A DNA stretch of 64,000 bases from assembly GCA_964636345.1 (NCBI GenBank), contig CAZWRL010000001.1, forward strand, positions 235 through 64,234, in the 5' to 3' direction. Of this stretch, positions 25,825 through 35,257 are shown one piece after another. The position numbers were made by a program, and so were the translations under genes. Under the pieces are notes generated by a model. The model saw only the letters and a list, made by a program, of their open reading frames with translations. It had not been told where the DNA came from and did no database searches. Positions within the stretch are counted from its first letter, which is position 1. Each line of letters starts with the position of its first letter. Origin of the DNA: an uncultured Gammaproteobacteria bacterium (GTDB lineage Bacteria > Patescibacteriota > Patescibacteriia > Magasanikbacterales > JBBTXJ01).

Positions 25825-27906
25825 ATGATGGATACGATACGTCGTCCACCGCCTATCGTGCGGAACACGTGGACGTGGGGCGACGTGGACGCGCCCCGAG
25901 ACGTCTCGTGCGAGAACATCCGCATGATGCTGCTCATCGCGCGGCTCGTGTGGGGTATCGACGGTGGTTCCGTGATCGCGGAACTTCCCGCTCCCTTCGA
26001 TCGGCACGCGCTTCTTGTGGACGCGCGGAATTTCGTGCCGCTCTGGGTGTACGTGCACGTGGCGCACGGGATTCACGACCTGGTAGGTCGCGTTGAGGGG
26101 ACGCAGTATCCTTTTGCGCCGGAGCGGTTTGCCGCGTTTGGCGTGGAAGGAATCCGGTTCCAGACATGGGGCGATCGGCGCAAGGCGCTTTCACAGCTCT
26201 TTGCTTCGTTCGCGAATCCTTTGCTCGGGTACCGTCGGGTGCCGGTTGAGAACTTGGATTTCAACTGGACAAAATCCTATCGCGTGGTGAGCGAGGGTTC
26301 CACATGGTGGATGCCGATGTTCTTCGCGCGAGAAGACATCCCGCTGGTGGATGACCTGCCATCGGATTGGTGGATTGTTGAGGGGCTCTGGCCGGGCATC
26401 GCCACCATCTTCGGTCTGCCGCCGGCGCGTGTAGTTCGACGCACACGGAGCTACGATCCGGTCCAGTTTTTCACGCAGGGTCGCAAGGTGCGTGACCTGC
26501 AGTGGCGGGTTACGGAAAAGGAAGACCGGGCAACCTTCATCATTAATGGTGAACGAGTTGGCGAGCGGGTGCATCTCCTGCCACGTGCGATTCGTGACGG
26601 CACATGGTGGTTCACGGGTGACGTGCTTTCGTCTGGCGAAGCGCCGGCATCGGTGGATATGCCAATGTTTTTGGCGTCGAAGCGGTGCATGATCGGCGAT
26701 TACCCTGTCTGTGAATCTCGTGACATGCTGTATGCACCCGAGTTGAGCCGTCGGGTACTGCAGGCAGAAATTCACGCGCGTCGGCCCATCGGGTACCGCA
26801 TGCGCGGCGACGCGGTTCAGGTGGCGGTTGAGTCCGGTCAGTGGGAAAAGATCGGTACCATAAACCTGCGGAATGTTTCCGTAGCGAGCCTCCCTACAGC
26901 CATCCGTTTCACGACAGACATACAGCTGCCTCATGGCGTACCGATTGTCACGAAGGGTGAGGTGTGGGGTCAGGATCTTGGGTTCAGCGCCCGGGTCGTG
27001 TGGGACAAACCACCGCCGTTTTGGCGGCGTGACCTCCGCACCGTGTGGCAGCGGCTGTTCCCCAATCAGCGTGTATTCGAGCGTCTGGCAGATCGGGCGC
27101 GTATCGCAGGGTTGCAACGGCAGCTCTCTACCACAGAATCCGAGCGGCGGCGTGTGGAGGATGCATTCCAGTACAAGCTGGCCGAGCTGGATACGCGCGA
27201 CCATGACCTCGCCGAGGCAACCGTTCGTTCGTTCCGGCGTTTTGCTTCGCGATTTCCTTCCGCGGAAATTGCACAGCAGGTGCTTGACGGGACGTATGTT
27301 AGTGAACGAGTGGAGGACGCGGTATTCCTGGTGATTGATGCGGCAGGTTCCACAAACGCCGTGCAGGATCGTATCGCACGCGCAGGGGTGGAGCATGATC
27401 TTGCAGAACAGGCAAAGATTTTTGCCGCCGCCTACAACGGCTTCATGACGTGGGCCAAAGAGGTAGTGCAACGGCACGGTGGTTGGGTGTTTGCATTTGA
27501 AGGCGATGCGATCAAGGCGGTTTTTGGACTGAACCAAAAATCTCCGCGCGCGCTCGCGGCGAATGATGCATTCAAGACCGCGCTTGATCTATTGGCGGGT
27601 ATTGGAAAGTGGCCGTCCGGCGAAGGGTTGGCGTTTGGTGCGCGCATCGGCATTGCGATGGGTACCACCCATTTGAGCTTGGTTGGTACGGGTGAAGATG
27701 CCTTTATGACACCCAATTCACGCGCGCTTAATGCCGCGGCGCATCTTGAGAAATCAAAATGTCGTCAACGGGGTGGCGAGATTGCCATTGATGGTAAAAC
27801 CGCCGCGTTCCTTGCGGAGCAGTTGAACGAATCACGACTTTTGGTTTGGCGCGCCGTTGAAGAGCTAGATGGTGCGCAGATGGAAATTGTGCGTGTTTCG
27901 GAGTAG
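25825..27906 (+). CDS. Class III nucleotidyl (adenylyl/guanylyl-type) cyclase with a ~500-aa uncharacterised N-terminal domain
   Basis: C-terminal cyclase-homology domain (FLVIDAAGST, FEGDAIKAVFG, RIGIAMGTTHLSLVG). SD aaggag before the ATG; GC-rich gene. Confidence 0.6.
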   Translation: MMDTIRRPPPIVRNTWTWGDVDAPRDVSCENIRMMLLIARLVWGIDGGSVIAELPAPFDRHALLVDARNFVPLWVYVHVAHGIHDLVGRVEGTQYPFAPERFAAFGVEGIRFQTWGDRRKALSQLFASFANPLLGYRRVPVENLDFNWTKSYRVVSEGSTWWMPMFFAREDIPLVDDLPSDWWIVEGLWPGIATIFGLPPARVVRRTRSYDPVQFFTQGRKVRDLQWRVTEKEDRATFIINGERVGERVHLLPRAIRDGTWWFTGDVLSSGEAPASVDMPMFLASKRCMIGDYPVCESRDMLYAPELSRRVLQAEIHARRPIGYRMRGDAVQVAVESGQWEKIGTINLRNVSVASLPTAIRFTTDIQLPHGVPIVTKGEVWGQDLGFSARVVWDKPPPFWRRDLRTVWQRLFPNQRVFERLADRARIAGLQRQLSTTESERRRVEDAFQYKLAELDTRDHDLAEATVRSFRRFASRFPSAEIAQQVLDGTYVSERVEDAVFLVIDAAGSTNAVQDRIARAGVEHDLAEQAKIFAAAYNGFMTWAKEVVQRHGGWVFAFEGDAIKAVFGLNQKSPRALAANDAFKTALDLLAGIGKWPSGEGLAFGARIGIAMGTTHLSLVGTGEDAFMTPNSRALNAAAHLEKSKCRQRGGEIAIDGKTAAFLAEQLNESRLLVWRAVEELDGAQMEIVRVSE

Positions 27907-27924
27907 CACACACCTCACGTATAG

Positions 27925-28860
27925 TCACGTGAGGTTTTTATTTAGTCCAACACCCGCCATACCGGCAAGCGCGCCGGTTACAAGAAAAATCAATGTGTCT
28001 GTACTGGTGAAGATAAGCGGGGTTTCAAAAATAAATGGTTGTGGTAAGAGGACGTGAAGCGCTACAAAGATGACGCCAGCAAGTAGGCCAAGGATGAGCT
28101 GATATTTGCGTTCACCCCACCATTCAATAAGGAGCGCCGAGGCGCCAATGGCAAAGACGTACGGGAAGAGTGGCGCGACGGGATGCGGCGGGACGATGAT
28201 AAAGTCCGCGACGCGTTCAGTCCAGGTAATGGCGTAGAGGGCGAGGAAAATTGCCGCAACAGTTGCGGCGCCACCCGGTGTGATGCGACGCGCGGCGGCA
28301 AGACATGCAATAAACGGCAGGATAAATAACACCTCGGCCCACGGAGAAAAGAAGGTTGCGTACAGGCCAATGGGATCAACGGGATGCACAATAAACCAAA
28401 GCAGACCAAGTACCACCGAAAGTTGTGTAAGCGTCAAGAGTGGGAATTTGCCGGTATCGTGGTTTTTGATTAAACGAAAGAAACCCCACGCGCTGATGGC
28501 GCCGCCAATCAGTGCGATGAGGTGTGGCGGACTCCATACCGCAAACGGCGTACTTAAATTTTCAATGCCAAACGTGCGATGCCACCACTCATCAAAGGGC
28601 GCCGAGAGAAACGTGAGCACAAGACCACCGAGCGCAATGTTGAGGAGCGGGCGCAGAGCAGAATGTTTTTTCCACAACCAAAGTTGCAACACGGCAGCAA
28701 CAAGGAGCGCGGTGTAGAGAATGTTGTGTGGAGGAATAAAAAAACTGTCACGTCCCATGAATACGTGCCACCAATCGTCCCAGAATAAACCAATCAACAT
28801 GAAAAGGTAGACGATAACGATGCCGATGAGCGTTTTTTGATTGATGGTTTTTGTGGGCAT
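27925..28860 (-). CDS. Polytopic integral membrane protein (hypothetical)
   Basis: At least 8 hydrophobic helices across 311 aa with Trp-rich loops (DDWWH, DEWWH). Confidence 0.45.
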   Translation of the reverse strand: MPTKTINQKTLIGIVIVYLFMLIGLFWDDWWHVFMGRDSFFIPPHNILYTALLVAAVLQLWLWKKHSALRPLLNIALGGLVLTFLSAPFDEWWHRTFGIENLSTPFAVWSPPHLIALIGGAISAWGFFRLIKNHDTGKFPLLTLTQLSVVLGLLWFIVHPVDPIGLYATFFSPWAEVLFILPFIACLAAARRITPGGAATVAAIFLALYAITWTERVADFIIVPPHPVAPLFPYVFAIGASALLIEWWGERKYQLILGLLAGVIFVALHVLLPQPFIFETPLIFTSTDTLIFLVTGALAGMAGVGLNKNLT

Positions 28861-28943
28861 AGTGATCTTTAGTATACACGATATGTATTTGACAGGCGAA
28901 TGATGGTATGGTTAGCTTGAGATACACATTGGAGGAGGGAGCG

Positions 28944-29447
28944 GTGTCACAACCAAAGAATGAAGGTCGGGTAGACCTGATTCAGGGATTGACCGAGGGG
29001 CAGACGGATCGTTTGTTGCGCGGCTTGGTTCCGCGCATGGTTGCCGATGGTATGGTGTTCATCACGGAAGGTGATTTTACTGACAGCATGTTTCTCTTGC
29101 TTGATGGGCAGGTGCGTGTAGTTTCGCACGCTGGCACTCCCGCAGAAGTGCTGGTGGCACGACGTTCTGTCGGCTCGATGCTTGGAGAGGTGAATTTTGT
29201 GGCAGGTGGATCGCGCTCGGCATCAGTCATTGCTGAGGGTACAGTGCTCGTGCTTGAGTTCACGAAGGCCCATGTAGAGGCAGTCACGGGCGTGGATATG
29301 GGTCTTGCGAAGCAATTGGCGTGGAATCTTGCGCGCATCATGGCTGAACGGTTGCGCAATACCACCACACAACTCTGGGATGCGCAGTCAACGCATGATT
29401 TGACTATTCACGCGTTTCGGCGTTTGCAGGCGGCCACGAGGCGCTAG
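28944..29447 (+). CDS. Standalone cyclic-nucleotide-binding domain protein (CAP effector-domain family)
   Basis: cNMP-binding signature GEVNFVAGGSRSASVIAEG. GTG start preceded by ggaggagg; ORF track gives 28908. Confidence 0.6.
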   Translation: MSQPKNEGRVDLIQGLTEGQTDRLLRGLVPRMVADGMVFITEGDFTDSMFLLLDGQVRVVSHAGTPAEVLVARRSVGSMLGEVNFVAGGSRSASVIAEGTVLVLEFTKAHVEAVTGVDMGLAKQLAWNLARIMAERLRNTTTQLWDAQSTHDLTIHAFRRLQAATRR

Positions 29448-29534
29448 AAGTACACCCCGACTTCCATCGGGGTTTTTTATTTCTCGCGCGTATGGTATAC
29501 TACATGTAGTTTGTTAATTTAACAATTATCGCCT

Positions 29535-29963
29535 ATGCGTATACGATCATCGGCAACCGTTGGTTTCGCAACGGTGGGTATGCTCCTTCTCTTAGGAGCA
29601 GGATGTTCAGCGTCAGTGGGCACTGGTAGCGCGGCTCCGGAAGTTGGAGCGCGCGTTTTGGCTCCTGATAATGGGAGCGTCTGGTGGGAGGGTACCATCG
29701 ATCAGGTTGATGGTACGATTTATACGGTGAAATTTAACGCGGATGATAAAATTGTTGCGCGGCCGCTCACGAATATCGCACCGTATCCGGCTGGCGCGCT
29801 TGCGGTTGAGGTTGGCGATGCGGTTGTTGGGGAATGGACAAGCGGAACGTTCTATGCGGGAACGGTGGCGGCTATTTCGGGTAATCTCGCAACGGTCGCG
29901 TGGGATGATGGCAGTGCACCATCCGAAGTAGCGACCAATCGGCTCACCAAGACCTTCAAATAA
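29535..29963 (+). CDS. Lipoprotein with two tandem ~35-aa repeats (W..G......Y.V.F..D..........I.P), possibly SH3/Tudor-like; fold assignment by eye only
   Basis: Signal peptide plus LLGAGC lipobox. Two repeats (VWWEGTIDQVDGTIYTVKFNADDKIVARPLTNIAPY and VGEWTSGTFYAGTVAAISGNLATVAWDDGS). Confidence 0.45.
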   Translation: MRIRSSATVGFATVGMLLLLGAGCSASVGTGSAAPEVGARVLAPDNGSVWWEGTIDQVDGTIYTVKFNADDKIVARPLTNIAPYPAGALAVEVGDAVVGEWTSGTFYAGTVAAISGNLATVAWDDGSAPSEVATNRLTKTFK

Positions 29964-29974
29964 TAGTGACGTAA

Positions 29975-30000
29975 GAAGACCCGCTCGCGGGTCTTCTTCT
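29975..30000 (+). terminator. Hairpin aagacccgctcgcgggtctt after the lipoprotein gene
   Basis: Inverted repeat read directly; the T-run is weak. Confidence 0.35.
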
Positions 30001-30029
30001 TGCCACATGATTTTGTTATACTTGGTGGT

Positions 30030-30491
30030 ATGAGTACGCAAAATCGTCGCAAAGAAAAAGATGTCGTTGATTTTTTATTAGAGCAGGCGGGCGAGAGCGC
30101 GCGTGTCTACACCACGCCGGGTGACGAAGAGGCGGAGGAGACGGAGGCGCATGAGCCGGAGGGTCAACTGGCCGTTGATATTATTGATACCGACGACAGT
30201 TTGGTGGTGGTGGCAACGGTTGCTGGCGCGAGCCCGGAAGAGATCAGCGTGTATGTGCACAATGATTTGTTGACCATTCGTGGCCGGCGCGCGTTACCCG
30301 TTTCCGTGTCAGAGAACGCGTTTATTCATCGCGAATGTTTTTGGGGGCGTTTTTCACGCACCATCATTTTACCGCTTGATGTCCGCGCTGATGGAGTGCG
30401 AGCGGTGTACAAAAGCGGCGTACTGGTGGTATCGTTGCCGAAAGAAAAACGCGAATCGCGCGTTCCCATTACGGTAGTGGATGAAGGATGA
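30030..30491 (+). CDS. Small heat-shock protein (Hsp20/alpha-crystallin family)
   Basis: Alpha-crystallin domain (LAVDIIDTDDSLVVVATVAG...DLLTIRG...VYKSGVLVVSLPK). Alternative start at 30000. Confidence 0.75.
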   Translation: MSTQNRRKEKDVVDFLLEQAGESARVYTTPGDEEAEETEAHEPEGQLAVDIIDTDDSLVVVATVAGASPEEISVYVHNDLLTIRGRRALPVSVSENAFIHRECFWGRFSRTIILPLDVRADGVRAVYKSGVLVVSLPKEKRESRVPITVVDEG

Positions 30492-32475
30492 TATGAGTGA
30501 GGAGCAAACACATCACCGAAAACGGTTGATTACTATACTCGTCGTCGTGGGAGTGTTGTGGTTGCTCGCGATGAGCCGCGCGGTGTACGCATTCCAAGAT
30601 AAAAAGGTGATCTATGATGGCGTGAAAATTGGCGCGCAGGATTTTTCCGGTTTAACGTCCGCGCAGGCAAAAGAAAAAATACTCGCGTTTGAATCACGCA
30701 TGTCGGTGCAGGGATTATCTTTTTCTTATCGCACTGCGCGGGACGAGGAACGGCAAGCGGTGATTTATCCAGTGGTGTTTCGGAGTGATGGCACGGATTC
30801 ACGGGATATTATTGATATTGATGTAGAGGCAACGGTTGATGCGCTTTGGGCGGTGGGACGCACGGGAACGATGGTGCGCAAGGTGGGCGAGCGTATCGCC
30901 AGCCAGTGGTATGGGCGCACGGTACCGGCGGCGGTGCAGGTTGATCGCGTGCTGTTTCGTGATGTGGTGCGACTTAATCTTGCTTCCGATGAACAAGCGG
31001 CACGCGATGCGAGGGTAGCGTATGAGCAGGGTGTTTTTAGAATAGAACCTGACGCGACGGGTGTGGCATATACCGTTGATCGGGGGCTTGACGATGCGGT
31101 GGATCTTATTCGTCGTCTTGAGTTGCGACCCATTGCTGTTGATCGAACCATTGATAAGCCAACAATTACCGCCGCGGCGCTTGAGCCATTGGTTTCATTT
31201 CTCGCGCCGGTGACCGCGGACGATATTACGGTGACGTACGAAGATCCTCACAAAAAAGAGAAATTATCGTGGACGCTTGAGCATGAGAAAGTTGCGGCGT
31301 TTCTTAACGTCACACGGCATGAACAGACAGGGCTCACCCTTGGTTTGTCTGAAGAGCCGCTGCGTGCGTGGATTAAAGAAACCATTGGTCCGCGGGTTGA
31401 AGTGGAAGCACGCGATGCCAAATTTAAAATTGAGGGTGAACGCGTGATTGAGTTTCAATCAAGTCGCACCGGCGTCCGCATTGATACTCCCGCGCTTGAA
31501 GGCGCGCTTTCGCAGGTGGTAGCGGCGCGTTTTGATCGGCTCGCGCGTGGCGAGAGCGGACCCTTTTCACCGGAGCAACGTGTGGTATCACTCACGGTAG
31601 AGACGGCGGAGCCAAAGATTAAAACCGGAGATATCAACAATTTGGGGATTCAGGAAATTTTGGGTATTGGCACGTCCAGTTGGCGCGGGAGCTCAGCCAA
31701 TCGCATTAAAAATATTCGGAACGGCATGAATAAATTAAATGGTTTGCTCATTAAGCCGGGTGAGGAGTTTTCATTACTCGCCGCGCTTCGACCATTTACC
31801 TCCGAGGGTGGGTATTTGCCGGAACTCGTGATCAAGGGGGATAAAATTGAACCGGAAATCGGCGGCGGATTATGCCAAATTGGCACCACGTCATTTCGTA
31901 TGGCCATGAATAGCGGAATGCCCATTACGAGACGAATCAATCACGGTTTGGTGGTTACCTATTATAATGATCCGACGAACGGCAATCCAGGAACGGACGC
32001 AACCATTTATGATCCTGCGCCGGATTTTCGTTTTTTGAATGATACAGGACACTATCTTTTGTGGACGACACACATGGATTCTGGGGCCGGGAAATTGGAG
32101 TTCACCTTGTGGGGAACGTCTGATGGGCGTAAGGGCTCATACAGCGCGCCCGTGGTGCATAATTGGATTGCGACCGGCCCCATGAAGGAAATTGAAACAA
32201 CTGATTTGAAACCAGGTGTACGCAAGTGTCAAAGTAGACATCCGGGCGCGGTGGCCTCATTTACCTACACGGTTGATTTACCAAACGGTGAAAAGAAGGA
32301 AACGCTGTATAAAAGTTATTATCGGCCATTACCGGAAATTTGCAGCATTGGTGTTGAAAAGAAGACAGAGGGTGAACCGATACTGTCTGCCGATGGCGTG
32401 CCAACGGAAGGCGCACCTGCTGATGCTCAGGTTGCTGATACGCCGCCCATTTCAGTTGACGATCTTGCCGGATGA
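30481..32475 (+). CDS. VanW-family protein with an N-terminal TM
   Basis: VanW core GGGLCQIGTTSFRMAMNSGMPI and a downstream Cys/Gly-rich region. Confidence 0.65.
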   Translation: MKDDMSEEQTHHRKRLITILVVVGVLWLLAMSRAVYAFQDKKVIYDGVKIGAQDFSGLTSAQAKEKILAFESRMSVQGLSFSYRTARDEERQAVIYPVVFRSDGTDSRDIIDIDVEATVDALWAVGRTGTMVRKVGERIASQWYGRTVPAAVQVDRVLFRDVVRLNLASDEQAARDARVAYEQGVFRIEPDATGVAYTVDRGLDDAVDLIRRLELRPIAVDRTIDKPTITAAALEPLVSFLAPVTADDITVTYEDPHKKEKLSWTLEHEKVAAFLNVTRHEQTGLTLGLSEEPLRAWIKETIGPRVEVEARDAKFKIEGERVIEFQSSRTGVRIDTPALEGALSQVVAARFDRLARGESGPFSPEQRVVSLTVETAEPKIKTGDINNLGIQEILGIGTSSWRGSSANRIKNIRNGMNKLNGLLIKPGEEFSLLAALRPFTSEGGYLPELVIKGDKIEPEIGGGLCQIGTTSFRMAMNSGMPITRRINHGLVVTYYNDPTNGNPGTDATIYDPAPDFRFLNDTGHYLLWTTHMDSGAGKLEFTLWGTSDGRKGSYSAPVVHNWIATGPMKEIETTDLKPGVRKCQSRHPGAVASFTYTVDLPNGEKKETLYKSYYRPLPEICSIGVEKKTEGEPILSADGVPTEGAPADAQVADTPPISVDDLAG

Positions 32476-32492
32476 TTTTATTTAATTTCAGC

Positions 32493-32528
32493 CAAAAAAT
32501 ACCCTCTTGACAAGAGGTATTTTATTGT
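32493..32528 (+). terminator. Intrinsic terminator of the VanW gene (ataccctctt-gaca-aagaggtat plus T-run); its loop carries the -35 of the next promoter
   Basis: Hairpin and tttatt read directly. Confidence 0.5.
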
Positions 32529-32536
32529 GGTATGGT
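32507..32536 (+). promoter_or_regulatory. Candidate sigma70 promoter (TTGACA, 18 bp, TGgTATGGT) driving the structured RNA and GT-C gene
   Basis: Same architecture as the promoter at 9203. Confidence 0.4.
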
Positions 32537-32543
32537 GTAGTTT

Positions 32544-32729
32544 CGCTCGTGCGAAGAAGTGGCCATTCATCCGTAGTCACGACAAGCATGGAGACACCTT
32601 GTGGGGTATTGCTGGCCTCCGGGCTCGCACGCTACTTCAAGGTGTCTTCTTGACTACGGGTTCTGTGGTTATTTCTGCAACACAGGAAACACATCACCAC
32701 CCCGGCTCTGCCGGGGTGGTTTGTTTTTC
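32544..32729 (+). ncRNA. Candidate ~185-nt structured RNA or cis-regulatory leader: nested long helices ending in a perfect 10-bp terminator
   Basis: Inverted repeats read directly: ccgtagtca/tgactacgg, gacaccttg/caaggtgtc, ctgtg/cacag, and terminator ACCACCCCGG-ctctg-CCGGGGTGGT plus TTGTTTTT. Embedded ORFs are short and lack SD. Confidence 0.4.
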
Positions 32730-32771
32730 AGAGTTGCGGGAAACGAAGGGAGTGTATATAGTGGTATCGCT

Positions 32772-34469
32772 ATGAAGAAGATAATAGTTATTCTTTTTTT
32801 GTTTCTCCTCTTTCTTCCGTATTTTGGGCGCCCCTTCGCGCTAAATTTGAATCCGGATATGGGACTACAGCTCATGGATGTGTTCCGTATGGTGGATGCG
32901 CGATGGAGTTTTGCGCTTGACCCAAGCGCCGCGTACGCCAATCCACTGGTGCAGATGCTCGTGGATTTTCACGGCGTCTTTCGTCAGCTCATTTACTTTC
33001 CCATTTTTTATATTTTGGATTTGTTTGGCATGGGGATCCGCGAGGCCACCGTGTATGGAACACTCCTTATCGTAGGCGTCGCCCTCACATACCTTAATTA
33101 TATTTTTGCGCGCGTGATAGCAGGGGAGAAAAAAGCGTTTTGGTTTACCGCGCTCCTTTCGGTTATTCCTTTTTATGTGTTGCAAGTGAAAGGCGGGTGG
33201 TGGCATGTGTTTGTGTATCCGTTGCTTTTGGCAGGGCTCGCGGCGGAACACAAATTTTTAACGACCAGAGCCCGGCGATGGTACGCCTGGTTTTGCATCG
33301 CCGCTTCCGCGTATCTGTTAGCCGATACCGGTTTTGTCTTTGGCGGCTTATTGTTTGTGGTATACGCAGTGATATTTTTTTGGCAGGGGAGTAATCTGCG
33401 TGCGGTGCCCGCACATTTGTGGCGGGCCGTACGGAGTCCGTGGACGTTTCTTCCGCTTTTCGTGCTCGCTGGCTCGTTTGTTGTAACGTACATCGGAAAA
33501 ACGCGTTTCGGCGCTGAATTTGGCATCATGGCGCGTTTCTTGGAAAAAGGCGGGCATGTCGGATTTTCTGGGTTCGGTGTTCTCCCGCATTTTATCAGTC
33601 AAGGAATGGGGCTTACGGGTTTTATTCTTTTCCCCGTAATTCTTGCGACCGCTTGTTGGTTTTTGATGCGCGTTTGGCGACAAGAGCGCGATTCGTTACT
33701 TTTAACCTGTATCACTTATTTTTTTGTTACGTTTGTTCTGTTGCTTTTTGCCGGCGGATCAGGCGCGGCGGTGTATGAGTTGTATATTCCTGGTTTGCTA
33801 TTGCTGGTATACGCTTTTTCTCGGCTCAAAAAAGCATGGATACAAAATGTGTTCATGACAGGCATTGCGGCAGTGACGATGATGCAAACGGTGGCATATA
33901 ATTTTGAAATACATCCTCCGCAGTTTCTTGCTCGTTCGTATTCATTCATTCGCCCAAACGATGCCTGTACGGCACTTTGGTGTCCGTGGCATTTTGCAGA
34001 GCCCAAAAATTTAGGCATTACCACGGCCGCATTTGTGTTACGAGATTATCTCGGCATCACGCCGGTTCTCTTTACCTCCATGCAGGAGAATTTTTACGAA
34101 AAACCAAAAGAGATATTTTTTTATAGCAACTACGGGCAAGGGCCGTCCATGAGCATCGGCCGGCGGATTAGTTATGAGGTGAAGGATGTTGCGTCGGCAC
34201 GGATAATACTCGTGTTTGCGCCAGAAGTTTCCGCGCATGCGCCGGGAGCTGTAGAGAAAGAGAAAAATCAGGCAGTGTTGGATTTTCTCGCGGCTCATCC
34301 GGAATATAGAGAAGTGGCAATCGTAACACAGGACGGCGTGGAAATGATAAAAATTTTTGAGCGCGATTCAGCGCGCGCACCACGCGTGTTCTCGGTAGAG
34401 GAATACGATGCCAAGTTCAACGCGCGCTACGGGCATTTGCGGGATATTGGGTTTATTGATTTGGGGTAA
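32772..34469 (+). CDS. GT-C membrane glycosyltransferase (ArnT/PMT-like, GT39/GT83 family)
   Basis: Signal/TM N-terminus, ~11 TM helices then a soluble C-terminal domain. SD gggag before the ATG. Confidence 0.5.
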   Translation: MKKIIVILFLFLLFLPYFGRPFALNLNPDMGLQLMDVFRMVDARWSFALDPSAAYANPLVQMLVDFHGVFRQLIYFPIFYILDLFGMGIREATVYGTLLIVGVALTYLNYIFARVIAGEKKAFWFTALLSVIPFYVLQVKGGWWHVFVYPLLLAGLAAEHKFLTTRARRWYAWFCIAASAYLLADTGFVFGGLLFVVYAVIFFWQGSNLRAVPAHLWRAVRSPWTFLPLFVLAGSFVVTYIGKTRFGAEFGIMARFLEKGGHVGFSGFGVLPHFISQGMGLTGFILFPVILATACWFLMRVWRQERDSLLLTCITYFFVTFVLLLFAGGSGAAVYELYIPGLLLLVYAFSRLKKAWIQNVFMTGIAAVTMMQTVAYNFEIHPPQFLARSYSFIRPNDACTALWCPWHFAEPKNLGITTAAFVLRDYLGITPVLFTSMQENFYEKPKEIFFYSNYGQGPSMSIGRRISYEVKDVASARIILVFAPEVSAHAPGAVEKEKNQAVLDFLAAHPEYREVAIVTQDGVEMIKIFERDSARAPRVFSVEEYDAKFNARYGHLRDIGFIDLG

Positions 34470-34513
34470 TAACGCCATAGGTTGCCCTCTATACCATAGG
34501 ATGATAATATGCT

Positions 34514-35257
34514 ATGTATATGCCAGCTAAATTTATTTTTTCCGAGGATTGGAGCACCGCGAACCGTGCACAGTCCTGGTTAAAGGAGGTTGAACAATAT
34601 GGTAAGAATTCCTATGTTTTGGGTATACTGAATTTAATAGAGGGGTGCAAACCTCGCAGGGTTTTTGATGTTGGGTGTGGCAATGGATTTCCCTTTGCGA
34701 GTAGTTTACTAGAAAAAAACATTGAGGTACATGGTTGCGATCCCTCTCTCTCTCTCTTAAAAGAAGCAACACGGCAGTATCCAGCGCTTCGGTGGTATCA
34801 CACGGGTTACGAGCACATGGTAGAAAAAATTAATGGCGCACGTTACGATGTGGTGTATTGTTTGCGTAGTACGTGGTTATTCCCCAATATTATTTCCGCG
34901 CTTGGGAATATGCTTGAAATTACAAAACCCGGTGGTATAATAATTTTTGATATTATGAATAGTGATTCTCCAGAGATTAGTAAGTTTATAAAAACAATGA
35001 GAAAGAAAAAATATCGTACGTTTTTTAAAAATATTGTTAAACTTGTCCTCAATACAGTAGTGCGTACCAGCTATTCCTATGCTAGTGGCATAGATAAAAA
35101 TTATCCCGTTTCACCAAATCAGGTAGATACCTTTTTGATAAGAAAAAAATTCTTATTTAAGAAGTTTACTTTTAGTCAGATGTCGGGAGAAAATACCAGT
35201 TATGATCCGCTGGCATTTAGGATTTTATATTGCGTACAAGTTCCCGAGAATATTTAA
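34514..35257 (+). CDS. Class I SAM-dependent methyltransferase
   Basis: Motif I VFDVGCGNG; AT-rich gene relative to its surroundings. Confidence 0.55.
   Translation: MYMPAKFIFSEDWSTANRAQSWLKEVEQYGKNSYVLGILNLIEGCKPRRVFDVGCGNGFPFASSLLEKNIEVHGCDPSLSLLKEATRQYPALRWYHTGYEHMVEKINGARYDVVYCLRSTWLFPNIISALGNMLEITKPGGIIIFDIMNSDSPEISKFIKTMRKKKYRTFFKNIVKLVLNTVVRTSYSYASGIDKNYPVSPNQVDTFLIRKKFLFKKFTFSQMSGENTSYDPLAFRILYCVQVPENI

Noticed and set aside
26191-27537. 448-aa minus-strand ORF antisense to the cyclase gene, with several smaller nested ORFs
   Set aside because: It lies in a high-GC gene where long antisense ORFs arise by chance and has no motifs. The plus strand encodes a recognisable cyclase domain with an SD.
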